IMG/VR virus record: IMGVR_UViG_3300029288_000056
Span: 224,001-288,000 of that record
Origin: a virus
Taxonomy: Duplodnaviria > Caudoviricetes
Length of the DNA stretch: 64,000 nucleotides
Reading direction: 5' to 3' (one strand)
Under the pieces are notes generated by a model that saw nothing but the letters and a program-made list of their open reading frames with translations, searched no databases and was not told the origin of the DNA. Position 1 is the first letter of the stretch. Every line of letters starts with the position of its first letter. Positions 18,956 to 30,837 of the stretch are shown here, piece by piece. The position numbers and the translations under genes were made by a program.

Positions 18956-20536
18956 GAACTAACATTGAATACCTTAACCGTTTAACTTGCTGTTTATCCT
19001 TTGGTCTATTCCCTTATCACATTCAGAGGTTATAATCTCTAAATCCTCGCCAAATTCTAGCAATGCCTTTTCTACCTTACTTTTGGTAGTAGGGTCTGAT
19101 TGCCAGTTCTCTGGAACGTATAATTTTATTTTCATAGTTTCTCCTATACTAACATGTCTTCTTCCGCATCATCGAAAACGAAGATAAGATTTTTTGCCCT
19201 ATCCTCAAACCACCACTCGTCTGGTTTTGGTTCGTACAAAACCCAAATATCCGCGAATATGTTTGAGCACTGCAGGTATTTAATTGACTGTATGTTTGGT
19301 ACGCCAATCATCATAATACCAATCTCGTCACGTGCCCACTTGTTTACTAAAATTTGTAACGATTCAATAACCTCGTTACTCAGTTCTTCCTCTTTATTAA
19401 GAAGAACCAAAACTCCACTTAAAGTATCAATGTTAAAAGTCATCGCTGGTGTTATACGTCTTGATACGTTCGTGCTATCGTCAAATTTCCCTATAATAAA
19501 ATCACTACACCCAAACTCGCTTATAAACCCCTTAACTTGATTTAACAACTTTAAGCGCCACAAAGTTGTTTCATCCACTATACCCTCTTTTTTCTGAGCT
19601 TACTCTGTTGCTGGTTGTTCAGTTGCGGTCGGTGCTGGTGCCGTTCCACCCTTCAGGTAGTTATTTAATCCAACGGTTATCACCGGAACTTCCTGATTAA
19701 TATACTGACTGAAATCCGCCAGAGGTTTAACATAATTTTGTTGAACACTCATAAATTGGTTATTCAGGTTGTTAATAATTTGTGCTTGCTGATTAACGTC
19801 CGTCGAACTCTTGAGTTGCATTAACAGATCGTTTATGTTTTTAATGGTCGTTGCGGATACCGCGCCAAAAGGACCAATTGACTTCTGGAACTGTGTCAGA
19901 AAGTTTTGAATATCTTGAAGAGTTTTCTGAACTTGTGGATCCACGGTTGCTGCGTTTAAAAATTCATTAAGTTTTCCCATTTTATCTCCCTTTGTAGCGA
20001 GTGTATCACACACTCTAAATTCGTTAATTAGTTTTATTTTATCAGCAACAAGACTAGCGCGATCATGCTTAAAATAGGAATACCAAAAGCGATCATCTTG
20101 AGGTATTTGAATAACGGCTTCTTAACCGCGGTAACGATAACCTCAAACAATCTGTCGTCCTCGTTAAAATAGAAGGCCGCCTTCTTGTGGACACAGTCTA
20201 CAAAGTCGTTGTGGTGGTACTCAAGAACTACTCCGCTATCATCAATGTCTTCAACCGTCGGCTTTCCGAGAGTCCTATATATATCGCCGCTTCCACAAGG
20301 AATAAGCAGTTGAAGTTCGGGGACGTAGGTCTCAGTACCGTCCTCAACATTGACGATTAGGAAAGATACCTCGTCTTTTTCGTTAATTATAAGAAACAGG
20401 TTATTGTTTGCCTCGTACTGCCTCAGGCCCTTAAAGTCGCCACCGGCTATATCCTTTAGATGCTCTTTAATCTGCGGTAAAAACTTTAAACTGTTTCCTA
20501 TACTAAAACCCCAAAAAGAAGTTGGGACCTTTAGTT

Positions 20537-21025
20537 TCACAATAAACACCTCATCTTGTTTTTAAAATCATACTCAAATTTTTTAGATTCTTCCACCGCT
20601 ATCTTTGGTAACTGTAGTATCAAGTCCATTAAGCGAGTGGACTTCTCGACTGAGGTCTTAACGATATAGTCCTTAACCTTCGTTAACCCGATACTTCTTT
20701 CGTCATAGACCTGCAGTTCGCATTTCGTGCCGACGATGTGAAAGCCGAAGCTTTTGTTTTCGGCGTAAATCTTTTGTAGCACACTCATTGCGGCCTGCTC
20801 ACGGGTAGTGTTGATATTGTTCCCGAGGATACTATCAATACTCACACGATAAAGCTCTGACAACTTAATAAGGTCCGCGGTCGTAGGTAGTAGAGTCCCG
20901 GCTTCATAGGGATGCAAATCAACACCGATACTCTCGCGTACTTGCTCCACAGATAGACCTGCTTTTTCACGGAGAGCAACTAATCCCTCCGCTATTTCCT
21001 TTAAATTATATTCTTTCATATTCAC
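20537..21025 (-). CDS. XRE-family HTH protein
   Basis: LVALREKAGLSVEQV...YEAGTLLPTTADLIKLSELYRVSIDSILG. Confidence 0.85.
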   Translation of the reverse strand: MNMKEYNLKEIAEGLVALREKAGLSVEQVRESIGVDLHPYEAGTLLPTTADLIKLSELYRVSIDSILGNNINTTREQAAMSVLQKIYAENKSFGFHIVGTKCELQVYDERSIGLTKVKDYIVKTSVEKSTRLMDLILQLPKIAVEESKKFEYDFKNKMRCLL

Positions 21026-21096
21026 CCCCGGCAGGACTCGAACCTGCAGTGCTGGTGTAGAAGACCAGTGCCTTCAATCCATTTGGCGACGGGGGC
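21023..21096 (-). tRNA. tRNA-Arg(TCT)
   Basis: GCCCCCG/CGGGGGT acceptor, CTGGT-CTTCTAC-ACCAG, GCAGG-TTCGAGT-CCTGC. Confidence 0.92.
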
Positions 21097-21295
21097 ATCA
21101 TTATATTCTACCTCTACACGCATCAACACCGAAAATCGGTGGATCGTGCCTCAAGCAAACACCTTTGGCGCAATTTGGGCAATCAAAGTTGTTACACGAT
21201 GGCACAAAGTCCTTTTCGTGGTGTTCTTTGATTTCAAAGTCTTGATACTCTTCTTCCAAACTAGAATCATCAGCGTAATACTCGTACTCTCGCAT

Positions 21296-21520
21296 CTAAT
21301 CTATACCTAAATCCTTCTCTGTTGTTACCCCATAGCTCGGGTCCCGGTAGTCAGTTGCGTAAAATCCTGATCCCTTGAATACAAGTCCGTAACTGGACGA
21401 AAAAACCTTTTTTATGTCATTCCCACATGTTGGGCATTTTACTAGTAATTCCTCACTAATGCTTCTGTGAAAATATTCGAAACGCCCACATTTTTCACAC
21501 ACATACTCGTAGACCGGCAT
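21296..21520 (-). CDS. FmdB-family Zn-ribbon protein
   Basis: MPVYEYVCEKCG...CPTCG...FKGSGFYATDY. Confidence 0.92.
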   Translation of the reverse strand: MPVYEYVCEKCGRFEYFHRSISEELLVKCPTCGNDIKKVFSSSYGLVFKGSGFYATDYRDPSYGVTTEKDLGID

Positions 21521-22047
21521 ATATCCTCCACCGATTTTCTATTAATAACATAATCAACAAAAGAAGTCAAGCACTTTTTATCAAACTCTTCAACGTATTT
21601 ACTTGCCATACTCTTTACGTCCCAACCTCGCCTTTTGCCGTCGTATACCCAGACTTTTATTCCCTTAGTAGTCAGTAGTTTAGCCTTTTTAGACGTCGGT
21701 AAGAATATATCAATTCTGTTTGAGTACTTTTTAGCAAGTCTATCCTTAACCTCTGTCATAAAAAATCCAAACTGCGGATGCCAAACTAGAACTTTCGTAT
21801 TTAACTTAACGTTATTCATCGCACAAAAACCGTATTGCATCCGTTTTCCTCTACAATCCCAATACTCGCCTTCCCACGGTCCGTATCCTGTAACCTTTAC
21901 TACACTCGGAACAAAGTTCCATCCTTCTATTTCCGGTTCTTCTATAAAGTTAATACACTTTTGAAAATACGTACTATCAATAATATCATTCTTTGCGCCG
22001 GCGGCACACATTAAACACAATAATAAGTAAAGAGTCTTCCATAGCAA
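21442..22047 (-). CDS. Secreted 3D-domain (lytic transglycosylase-like) protein
   Basis: Signal peptide; KVTGY...CA...VKDRL...NRIDIFL; paralogue of 30346-30837. Confidence 0.7.
   Translation of the reverse strand: MLWKTLYLLLCLMCAAGAKNDIIDSTYFQKCINFIEEPEIEGWNFVPSVVKVTGYGPWEGEYWDCRGKRMQYGFCAMNNVKLNTKVLVWHPQFGFFMTEVKDRLAKKYSNRIDIFLPTSKKAKLLTTKGIKVWVYDGKRRGWDVKSMASKYVEEFDKKCLTSFVDYVINRKSVEDICRSTSMCVKNVGVSNIFTEALVRNY
21542..21570 (-). promoter_or_regulatory. Repeated promoter, weak -10
   Basis: GCTTGACT-17-TATTAA. Confidence 0.55.
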
Positions 22048-22165
22048 AACTCCGCCCCCCTGAAAACGTTAAAGATAGCCTCCCTCATTATATAATAATG
22101 GTTATCAATACTTAAAAATAGAGGCTTGAAATAAATTTTCATATCAAAAATCAGTCCTAGTTTAT

Positions 22166-23377
22166 TTAACTAACTCTGTTAAATAGGATGTTTTTATCCA
22201 TCAAAGTATTATTACTTTGTTGACGCTTCACAGGGGAGATTGAGACCTCTAGCCCTCCACGTCCAGCACCGGCTAACCGTCCGGCATTTAATATATTAAT
22301 CGCTGCGTTTGTGTCCCTATCATGTTTTGCTCCGCAAACACAAGTCCATTCTCTATCTTTTAGGGTAAGATCGTTGTTGATATATCCACAAACAGAGCAG
22401 ATCTTACTAGATGGGAACCAACGGTCTATAAAAATAATAGAACCGTTTTTCCATCGTTCTTTATATCCTATCTGTCTTACGAATTCACGCATAGATGCAT
22501 CCGCAACCGCACCGGCAAGATGATGATTTTGCATCATGCCACTTATATTAAGATCCTCCAGATATACAATATTATATTTCTTACAAATTCTTGACGTGGC
22601 CTGATTAATTGTGTCATTCCTCTTATCTGCAATGCGTTTGTAAATACGTTGGACTCTTAGTTTAGCTTTTTGTCTGCGTTTACTCCCTACCTCTTTACGA
22701 GCTAATTGTCGTTGCGCTTGTGCTAATAATTTTTCCAAATGTTGTCCGTGTTTAGGATTCTCAAACTTACACCCATCACTTGTGGTCGCAAGCGTTTTTA
22801 CACCTAAATCTATACCCACTTCCCTTACTTGGTTATCGCAAGGGTTCTGGGTTTCAACTTCAACCGTAAACGAAGCGTACCACTTTCCCGCTTGTTCACT
22901 AATCGCAACTGTACCAACTAATTTTCCCTGAAAACGTAAAGACTGACACATACGTACCCACCCGAGTTTTGGAATACGCACTTTGTTATTATCAAGAGCT
23001 ATCGTGCCGGTCTCTAAGTGAAAAACCAGCCTATCTTGTTTTCTACTCTTAAACCGCGGAAACCCCGGTTTACCAGATTTATTCTTAACTCTTCTAAAAA
23101 AGTTAGTATAAGCAAAATCAAGTTGCTGTAACGCTAAACGGGGAATACTTTTAGGCACACCAGATAACCAAGTGTGAGTTGAATATTTCATTATCGTTAT
23201 TTTTGTAGCTAAAATATACGCGCCCGATGTCTTATTTGTGTTTTTGTATTCAGTCTGTTTACTTTCTAATCCAAAATTATAGGCAAAACGGTGGGCGCCC
23301 GCATACTTAACAAACTCAACTTTTTGAGTATCATTCGGTAGTAGTTGTATCTTATGAGATTTATGTATCAGTATCAT
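22166..23377 (-). mobile_element. tnpB: TnpB RNA-guided endonuclease, no adjacent tnpA
   Basis: N-terminal HTH, PGFPRFKS, RuvC GIDLG / LEDLNI / HDRDTNAAINI, SSKICSVCG Zn finger. Confidence 0.95.
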
Positions 23378-23643
23378 TTATCAAAAATGTTGGATTGACT
23401 AATCATTTTATGATCATCGATTCTGTAACAAGAAAGTTCAGAACCTTTTATCCCTTTTCTATTTCCAATTTTTATCTCTATGTTTTTATGCATTTTTGCC
23501 CAACATAGGGCCCGTCTTGCGAGATCAATATGTATACCCATATCAACAAGGGCGTCCTCGGCCAACTTGTCGTCGGTATAAGTAGTCCCGTCTATCGTTA
23601 TATTAGTGATGTCGTCTTTACGTTCAACACTAATCATAAACAT

Positions 23644-25086
23644 TTAAAAATCACCTTCCTTAAATATATCATCTGTCAACTCATCAACGTCACCCTTATG
23701 TTCTTCTACTACTCTCGGTCTTATAGTTACGCCTTGTTCGACGGATTCAAATCTCATAAACTTATCTACGAAGTTCATCTTTAATACACCCCTTGGGCCG
23801 TTTCTTTGCTTCGCGATATTTATAAACACTTCCTTGGTAGACATTGACGGATCTGTGAAGGATGCGTTATCATAATAATCAGGTCTATGTATAAAGAATA
23901 CAACGTCCGTGTCTTGTTCTAGACTACCAGAACCCCTTAAATGTATCAACTGAGGCATCTTATCTTCACCCTTAGCCGCATCTCTACTGAGTTGAGACAG
24001 TGCAACTAACGGCATGTCAAATTCCATAGGGATCCTCTTTAGATCCTTAGATATACTTGTGATGTCCCTAACTTGATCACCAGTATAATCATTTGGGTTG
24101 ACCAATTGAATATAGTCCACAAAAGCAGCCGCTATCGGTCGTCTTGATAACTCGCGTCTAATTCTACTACGTATATTCGCTGAAGTGAGAGTGGGATCGT
24201 CCACGAAAATAAAGTTGTGGAAATGCTCCTTTATCGATGCGGCCGCAGACTTAATACTGCGCCACTCTTCGTCACTTAGCCGACCAGTCTTAACGTGCTG
24301 AAAATCAACCCTTCCCATTGTAGACAACATTCTCTTTAGCAACATGTCTCTTGGTGTTTCAAAAGAAAAGAATATTGTGGGTTGATTTCCTTTGATACCT
24401 ATGTTTTCCATAAAATTAAGCGCAAGCGCTGTTTTACCAACAGACGGTCTTGCCGCTATAATTATAAATTCACCTTTTTGTAGCCCGCCAGTCTGTTCGT
24501 CTATATCACAAAACCAAGTGGCCAGTCCATTAACGCAAGAGTTGTTTTCACACAACTTCTCTATATGGATAATAGCATCGTCAACCATCTCAACAGTTAC
24601 ATCATCGTTATTATTTACATTCCGGCAACCAACATCTAAGATCTTCTGTTCTACATTAGATACAATTTTTTCGGTCTCGTCCCAATTATTCTTAAGCTTT
24701 AAGGCGGCTCTCTCAAATATACTGATATAGTTTTTAGCGTCGCTACTCTTTTTTACCAACTCTGCGTAATGAGTGATATCCCCCGACATCTCAGCATCTT
24801 TGGTCAGCTTACTGAGGTATGGCGTTCCACCGACTTCTTGCAGTTTTCCACACTGATTTAAATGTTGAGAAACACTTATTATATCAAAACCCCTCTTATT
24901 ATTATACAGGTCTGATTTATTGTACAGATCTAATATAGCCTCGTAGATAATTTGATGCTGCGATGTTGAGAAATCAGAGGGTTGTAGTATGTCAGAAATA
25001 ACAGCCATGGTGTTTCGCGAATTTTCAACTATCAACAATCCCAGAACTTGCATCTCGGCATCTATTTGTTGCGGTAAATTTGTCAT
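23644..25086 (-). CDS. dnaB: Replicative DNA helicase
   Basis: LPQQIDAEMQVLG, AARPSVGKT, VDYIQL, LSQLSR, LRGSGSLEQDTD, IAKQRNGP. Confidence 0.97.
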   Translation of the reverse strand: MTNLPQQIDAEMQVLGLLIVENSRNTMAVISDILQPSDFSTSQHQIIYEAILDLYNKSDLYNNKRGFDIISVSQHLNQCGKLQEVGGTPYLSKLTKDAEMSGDITHYAELVKKSSDAKNYISIFERAALKLKNNWDETEKIVSNVEQKILDVGCRNVNNNDDVTVEMVDDAIIHIEKLCENNSCVNGLATWFCDIDEQTGGLQKGEFIIIAARPSVGKTALALNFMENIGIKGNQPTIFFSFETPRDMLLKRMLSTMGRVDFQHVKTGRLSDEEWRSIKSAAASIKEHFHNFIFVDDPTLTSANIRSRIRRELSRRPIAAAFVDYIQLVNPNDYTGDQVRDITSISKDLKRIPMEFDMPLVALSQLSRDAAKGEDKMPQLIHLRGSGSLEQDTDVVFFIHRPDYYDNASFTDPSMSTKEVFINIAKQRNGPRGVLKMNFVDKFMRFESVEQGVTIRPRVVEEHKGDVDELTDDIFKEGDF

Positions 25087-25793
25087 TCTTTTATATCTCC
25101 TTGTTGTTTTCTAACTTTGTTAACGTCTTCATTCCAAGCAGTGTTTACAAAAGTTCCATATGCATCTTTTTGATTAATAACCGGGTTTCCTTCGAGATCA
25201 TACTCTGGAAAAATATAGTCCAAACCGGCTAATTGTATAGTTGCCCTTTTGCGAGGCTCATTAAAAATATCGTTATCTAATCTTTGGCATATCTGATTAA
25301 AACCATCTACGATATCACTTAGATACGTGCCCACTTGATCGGCTCCGAGTGTGATAGAAAATTGATCTTTAAAATCATCCTCGATTGACGTATTATATAC
25401 GTTGATGTACTTAGAATCAAATATCACACACCAATTCTTTGAGATTAATTCCTCAAATGATTCCCCGGTCGGCCTAATATCCTCTATAGATTTTTTAATC
25501 TTAGTTAGATTTTTTTCGTCCAAGTCTAAGGTATAGTTAACTATTGTCTTCATACTGTTTTTATAGTATTGCATTGTTGAAAGCAGTTTAGTTATAGCAA
25601 TACCCATACCATCACTAATCGAAGATGATGTGGATACCTCTATTTTATCACACCATTCTTTAGGGTGATTACATTCATTTGAAGCCCTAATGATGTAAAC
25701 TCCGGTGTGAGGCGATACTTTTCTGTCTCTTTTTTTACATTTTATATTCCAGTTCCTAGCGGCTAAATCGGATAAAACTTTAATATCTCTCAT
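25083..25793 (-). CDS. Hypothetical protein in the replication module
   Basis: 236 aa ORF coupled by ATGA overlaps to both neighbours. Confidence 0.7.
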   Translation of the reverse strand: MRDIKVLSDLAARNWNIKCKKRDRKVSPHTGVYIIRASNECNHPKEWCDKIEVSTSSSISDGMGIAITKLLSTMQYYKNSMKTIVNYTLDLDEKNLTKIKKSIEDIRPTGESFEELISKNWCVIFDSKYINVYNTSIEDDFKDQFSITLGADQVGTYLSDIVDGFNQICQRLDNDIFNEPRKRATIQLAGLDYIFPEYDLEGNPVINQKDAYGTFVNTAWNEDVNKVRKQQGDIKE

Positions 25794-26704
25794 TTTTTCT
25801 CCTCATGATAATCACACGGGACGGACACGTCGTATGGCATATTCCCCATCATTTTTACCTTAATCATTAACCCAGTCCCCTTGCACTTTGGGCAATCCTT
25901 ATGATTATTAACTATTTCCTCTTGTTGAGGAATGATAGATAAATACCCAAACTTCTTTAGATTCGCAAAGTTATCAAAAGAGAGGAAATGCACGAGGTCT
26001 AAGGTACTTCTTAATTTTGAATAGTAGTCGTCTTTTGTGCTATTAACACCGCGTATTGAGCTTGTGATGTGATGCAAATCAAACCCAGCTATTATAGCTT
26101 CTCTTAATATCGATTTTAACATGTTACAATCTCTAGTTATTCTTCTATCAAACTTTATTTTTAGATTCTGTGACTCATTCCAAACTCTAGTAGTTATATC
26201 AAAGAATTCTAAAATTTTTTCATTCATATGTATTTTATTCTTATTGTTGTTCTTCTTATTATTAGGTGTATCGCAACTACTTATTTCCCTTATAGTTACA
26301 TCATCGGTTGTTTGCTGTTCGTCTGTAGTTCGCCCGTTGTTCGTATGCTGTTCGCCCTTATCGCACTCAGAACTATAACAGAATAAAAGAGTTAATATAG
26401 TATAACGTTGCTTGCTGGTCGTCTGTATTGCGTTTGCGTATCGCTTTAGGAAGTTATCAACCTTTGATCTACTCCAGCGCCAATTTTCCGCCAACTTACC
26501 TAGGGTAGTTAACACGTCCCATCTTTTTAGTAAGACCCCATCTCTAACACGATCCTGTTTCTCGGCTTGGTGCATTAAGTCATAAGCCGCCTCTATCTCA
26601 GTAAACGGTTTACCACTTTTATCCAATTCCCGCCAAAGAACACCATCTCTAAAACCATTTGGCACCCTCAGATGCCCACCCATATTAGGGTTAGAAAGAC
26701 TCAA
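25790..26704 (-). CDS. Putative phage replication initiator (N-terminal winged helix)
   Basis: PFTEIEAAYDLM...LAENWRWSRSKVDNFLK, low-complexity N/K linker, position upstream of dnaB. Confidence 0.7.
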   Translation of the reverse strand: MSLSNPNMGGHLRVPNGFRDGVLWRELDKSGKPFTEIEAAYDLMHQAEKQDRVRDGVLLKRWDVLTTLGKLAENWRWSRSKVDNFLKRYANAIQTTSKQRYTILTLLFCYSSECDKGEQHTNNGRTTDEQQTTDDVTIREISSCDTPNNKKNNNKNKIHMNEKILEFFDITTRVWNESQNLKIKFDRRITRDCNMLKSILREAIIAGFDLHHITSSIRGVNSTKDDYYSKLRSTLDLVHFLSFDNFANLKKFGYLSIIPQQEEIVNNHKDCPKCKGTGLMIKVKMMGNMPYDVSVPCDYHEEKK

Positions 26705-28380
26705 AACAGCTCCTCTTGTTGTTGTTTTTTACTTTTTCTTTTTTTACCACGTTGTTTATAAATCTCGACGATTTCCTCTTGGAAATTTTCGTCGCACAAC
26801 AGGCTCTCGGAGCTCTCTTTCATAATCTCTCTCTTTTGGTCAACTTTATCCATAATGTATTTATCTATTGTATTATCACCCAATAAATAATAAACGGTTA
26901 CGGGTTTAGTCTGGCCATCTCTGTGACATCTATCCTCACACTGTCTTAATTCGCCGAAAGTCCACCACAACTCTGTCATTAAAATATTACTAGCGGCCTT
27001 AAGATTGTTCAACCCTAGGCCCGCTACTTTTATAGAGCATATAATCAACTGACAGTTTGGGTCTTGAAACTTTTCTGACTGTAAATACCTTTCGTCTTGA
27101 CTATCTTCCTGAACTATGTGAGCTGCGTCAGGAAATGCCTTAATTAAAGCCGCTGACATCTCTTTGTGATAAGTGAAGACTACTAGCTTTTCTTCTGAAT
27201 CTAAAAATTCCTTAATCCACTCTATAGCCGGCTGTATCTTACCTCTCCCAACCTCAACATACAATTTACCGACCTTTAACATTGCCGGGATAGTTTCGTC
27301 CCCATCAACATCATCGTATTCTTCAGGGTTGGTTATATCCACATAAACGTGCGCTATTTGTTTTGGAGGTAGTTCTGTTAAAACCTGATCCTTGGATCTC
27401 CTTATATATCCCCCGTAGCCCCTCAATTTTTCATTAAGCTCTCTTAGATTGGAGCTACCAGAAGTATCCCAAATCTTTTTTCTCACAGGCACAGCCATGC
27501 CTGTTTCCTCGTTCTTAACTTTCATCCATACATCTTTTTGGTAAGCGGCACAATAACGCTTTACAAATCCAAACCAACCGCCGAACTGATCTAATTTTTT
27601 TACGATTTGTAACAAGGGAATCAGTTCTGATGGCCTATTTAAGACCGGTGTTCCTGTTAGTAACCAAACATACTGGCAGAAGTTTGAAAGGTGGAGTGAA
27701 AGCTTAGTCCTCTTGGATGACGGGGTCTTAAGCCAGTGAGCCTCGTCAAAGATAAGAGACTTTAATCCTACTTCCATAAGTGGTTTTAAATATTTATCCA
27801 ACGACTCATAGTTCGTTATATACATTAAATCTTCACGGCCAATATCTGATACACTATTTATAACACAAGGCTCAAGCTCTGATGTCCATTTTTCTATCTC
27901 ATGCTGCCAATTTAGCTTAATTGTGGCTGGGCACACAACGAGTGACGGTAAAAGGTTACTAGTATATATAGCTGCTATTGCCTCTACCGTTTTACCAATC
28001 CCCATCTCGTCACCAACAATACATTTCTTATTGTCTAACATGTACTTCACGCCGGTTCGTTGATAGGGTCTCAGTGGTAAATTAAGTCCCTCAACGTTAA
28101 AAACCGGCTCAGCTATAGAATTAGACTCCTCCACTAGCTCGGAGTATCGCTGTATGTAACCCTCAATCCTATCCTTATCACTGAGTACAAATCCGTAGTT
28201 CTCAGCCATCTTCAAAATAAAGTTGGCATTTGTGTATGTTAGTGGTGCAGTCCATACCTTGCACTTAGGGTCAAACTTTCTCCCCTCCACAGACGATTTA
28301 ACGATGTCCACAAGATGCGGATCGTATGGAAACTCTATCCTTATTCCATCGTCAGATACGTCTATGTATCTAATACCCAT
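26701..28380 (-). CDS. SNF2-family helicase with N-terminal HARP-like domain
   Basis: FPYDPHLVDIVK...RKFDP...WTAP; LRPYQ, DEMGIGKT, DEAH, LTGTP, QCEDRCHRDGQ. Confidence 0.95.
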   Translation of the reverse strand: MGIRYIDVSDDGIRIEFPYDPHLVDIVKSSVEGRKFDPKCKVWTAPLTYTNANFILKMAENYGFVLSDKDRIEGYIQRYSELVEESNSIAEPVFNVEGLNLPLRPYQRTGVKYMLDNKKCIVGDEMGIGKTVEAIAAIYTSNLLPSLVVCPATIKLNWQHEIEKWTSELEPCVINSVSDIGREDLMYITNYESLDKYLKPLMEVGLKSLIFDEAHWLKTPSSKRTKLSLHLSNFCQYVWLLTGTPVLNRPSELIPLLQIVKKLDQFGGWFGFVKRYCAAYQKDVWMKVKNEETGMAVPVRKKIWDTSGSSNLRELNEKLRGYGGYIRRSKDQVLTELPPKQIAHVYVDITNPEEYDDVDGDETIPAMLKVGKLYVEVGRGKIQPAIEWIKEFLDSEEKLVVFTYHKEMSAALIKAFPDAAHIVQEDSQDERYLQSEKFQDPNCQLIICSIKVAGLGLNNLKAASNILMTELWWTFGELRQCEDRCHRDGQTKPVTVYYLLGDNTIDKYIMDKVDQKREIMKESSESLLCDENFQEEIVEIYKQRGKKRKSKKQQQEELF

Positions 28381-28381
28381 A

Positions 28382-28744
28382 TTATTCCTGTGCTATATCT
28401 ATAGTGTCTTTTCCGGCTGATGTTCTTCCCGGTTTTAATAAAACAGTGCGTTCCGCCCATTCTGTGGGATAACTAGACTTCAAAATGTTCTTCAACGCGG
28501 TTTCTTGTGTCTTGTTCGCAATCATCGGTTTAAACTGGTATCCCTTATTAACAGAACTAAAGTGAACAACAGTTCTCCATTCTCCCGCCTTTTTTCTTTT
28601 TAAAATAGGATCCCATAATTCTAAAAATTCAAAGTCCGCACTATCAATTTTTACAGGCACCGACTTACCTTTTAAATCACTGCATCTCAGCCATTTACCT
28701 TGATGAATATCTTCTACGGTGGTTGGTTTAGGTGGTATTTCCAT
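28382..28744 (-). CDS. Phage hypothetical protein (possible ssDNA-binding fold)
   Basis: KWLRCSDLKGK...ANKTQ...EWAE pattern; lies in the replication cluster. Confidence 0.45.
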   Translation of the reverse strand: MEIPPKPTTVEDIHQGKWLRCSDLKGKSVPVKIDSADFEFLELWDPILKRKKAGEWRTVVHFSSVNKGYQFKPMIANKTQETALKNILKSSYPTEWAERTVLLKPGRTSAGKDTIDIAQE

Positions 28745-30345
28745 TACATTCCCCTTTCATTTTTTCTTGGATAGTATTAGTGTATTCGATACGATTTTTT
28801 ATTTTTTCCATAATATCGCCTAAATAGATACAAAGATTTGAGTAGTTTTGTTTTGCGCCGTCTATTATATCCATACACGAGTCCATATTGCATTGTTGCA
28901 TAGCGAGATCTAGATCTTTTGTCAACGTACCAAAGGACACATCCACATTGTCTAATAAACTAACGATCTCAATAACTAATGACTTTTCAAATCCAACTAT
29001 ATCATTTTTAATTTCGATTAAAAGCTCCTCGTAAGGCATATTAGATGAATAATTTGCCCTGATTTTAATTACTAAGTCCTCGTGATTAAACTCTTCTACC
29101 AATATACTAAGGGCCTTTTCTTTTATCGCGGCACTTATTCTATCGTAACAATCAATGGATTTTTGCAGGGTGGGTGATATACCTTTTTCTTTAAACTTCA
29201 CTATCAATAGATCTGATAGTATACCATTCTTTTGCATAGAGGCGTAGTAATCCACACCGTCTATAGCAAAGCCAATAACGATACTTTCATCAGTATAGCC
29301 GTATTCTTTTCTCAGATCATTTATAAGAGAAAGAGCTATATCATCTATATCGTCTTTATACAAGTTATTCATTATCTACAATTCTTTTTACTTCTATAAA
29401 ATCACATTTAAAATATTCTACCATGTCCCCAACACTATAACCCATCGAGTTCAGCTTCTTAATTATCATATCTCTTTCACTGGTAATCTTATCTCCGTAA
29501 ATTTCTCCAATGTATTTTTCAGGGACATCGGTGATAGCCTTAATCATTCTAGATATCGGTGGCTCTATCTTCCAAACTTTTTTAAGCGCTTGCCTAACAC
29601 CGTAAACCCTCATTCCAAATCTCTCTGCAATAGCCTTCGCGGTCCACCCATCTAGATACATTTCGGCGATCATTTCCCAACGCTGATAAGCGAGATACCG
29701 GTTAGATAGACAGCCGCCATATAACTCAGGAGGGCAGGAAGGTGGTGATGTTTTTTTCAAATCCTTATATTGCCCGCGGTTCCTAATGCACGTCTGAAAC
29801 TCTATCTTATAATTAGTCATATTTCTTGGTGTAGCCATGTCGATATCACCAACATAGATAGATCTTGCTTTCTTATAGGAAATTTGATGTGCATATTTTA
29901 CTATGCCGTCCTTTTTGAGGCGACGGTGAGACAATTCAATTATCATTTATTCCTTTTTAAAACAAATAGGACATTGTCTAAAAGTTCTTTTGCCTTCAGT
30001 ATCGGTTTGTATTCCAAACTCAAGATCTATTCCGGTACCTTTGCATTTAGGGCATATTAAAGGTTTTGGCATTTCCTTGATCGACGTATCTATCTCCTCA
30101 TGTTTAAACACTTCTTGGGTCTCATCATCTATAAGATCTATAGAGCAGACTGCACCCTTAACAGTGTTAACAACCTTAACACGATTATGTCCCCTAAAAT
30201 CATCCAGAGAGATTATCTGCTTTGGAATACCTAGGTCCCTAAACAACCATGATAATTCCTTTTCGTTAAAGGCTTGTTCTTTTACCACGAAAGGTCTGGG
30301 CGAATCAAACTCAAGGACTATGATTGTGCTACATGATTTAAACAT

Positions 30346-30837
30346 TTATTCTCCTAAGACTATAAATTCATTTCCTTGTAACATAACTGACACTCTATTA
30401 TTTGGGTCCATAGATGGCACAAATATCCACGCTTTACAACCGCCGATTTGTGTTATTTTATCCATATCATCTGCGTGAACGTATATATCCACCCTATTAG
30501 TATGATTTTTTCTAATATGATCATTTTTTATCGTTAGAAAATACCCGAACTTTGGGTGCCACACTAATATAATCGCTCCATCAGGAACTCCGTTAAGTGC
30601 GCATTCACCAATAGACAGTCTTTTATCGCTGCACCCAACAAATTCACCCTCATCATAGCTATAGCCAGTTACCGAGTCTATGTAAGGAATCGGTTTCCAG
30701 TAATCATCAAAGCTCTTTTTAGGAGCATGCGCAGTATGTGCACTATTCCGATGTTTAAAGGTAAACCCCTTCACACTGGAATACGCACCCAGTAAAGACA
30801 GTACCGCTAATATAATTATGAATTTTCGCATTATCAA
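30346..30837 (-). CDS. Secreted 3D-domain-like protein, paralogue of 21442-22047
   Basis: Shared VTGY, CAxNxV, LVWHPxFGxF, NR(V/I)DI motifs. Confidence 0.7.
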   Translation of the reverse strand: MIMRKFIIILAVLSLLGAYSSVKGFTFKHRNSAHTAHAPKKSFDDYWKPIPYIDSVTGYSYDEGEFVGCSDKRLSIGECALNGVPDGAIILVWHPKFGYFLTIKNDHIRKNHTNRVDIYVHADDMDKITQIGGCKAWIFVPSMDPNNRVSVMLQGNEFIVLGE

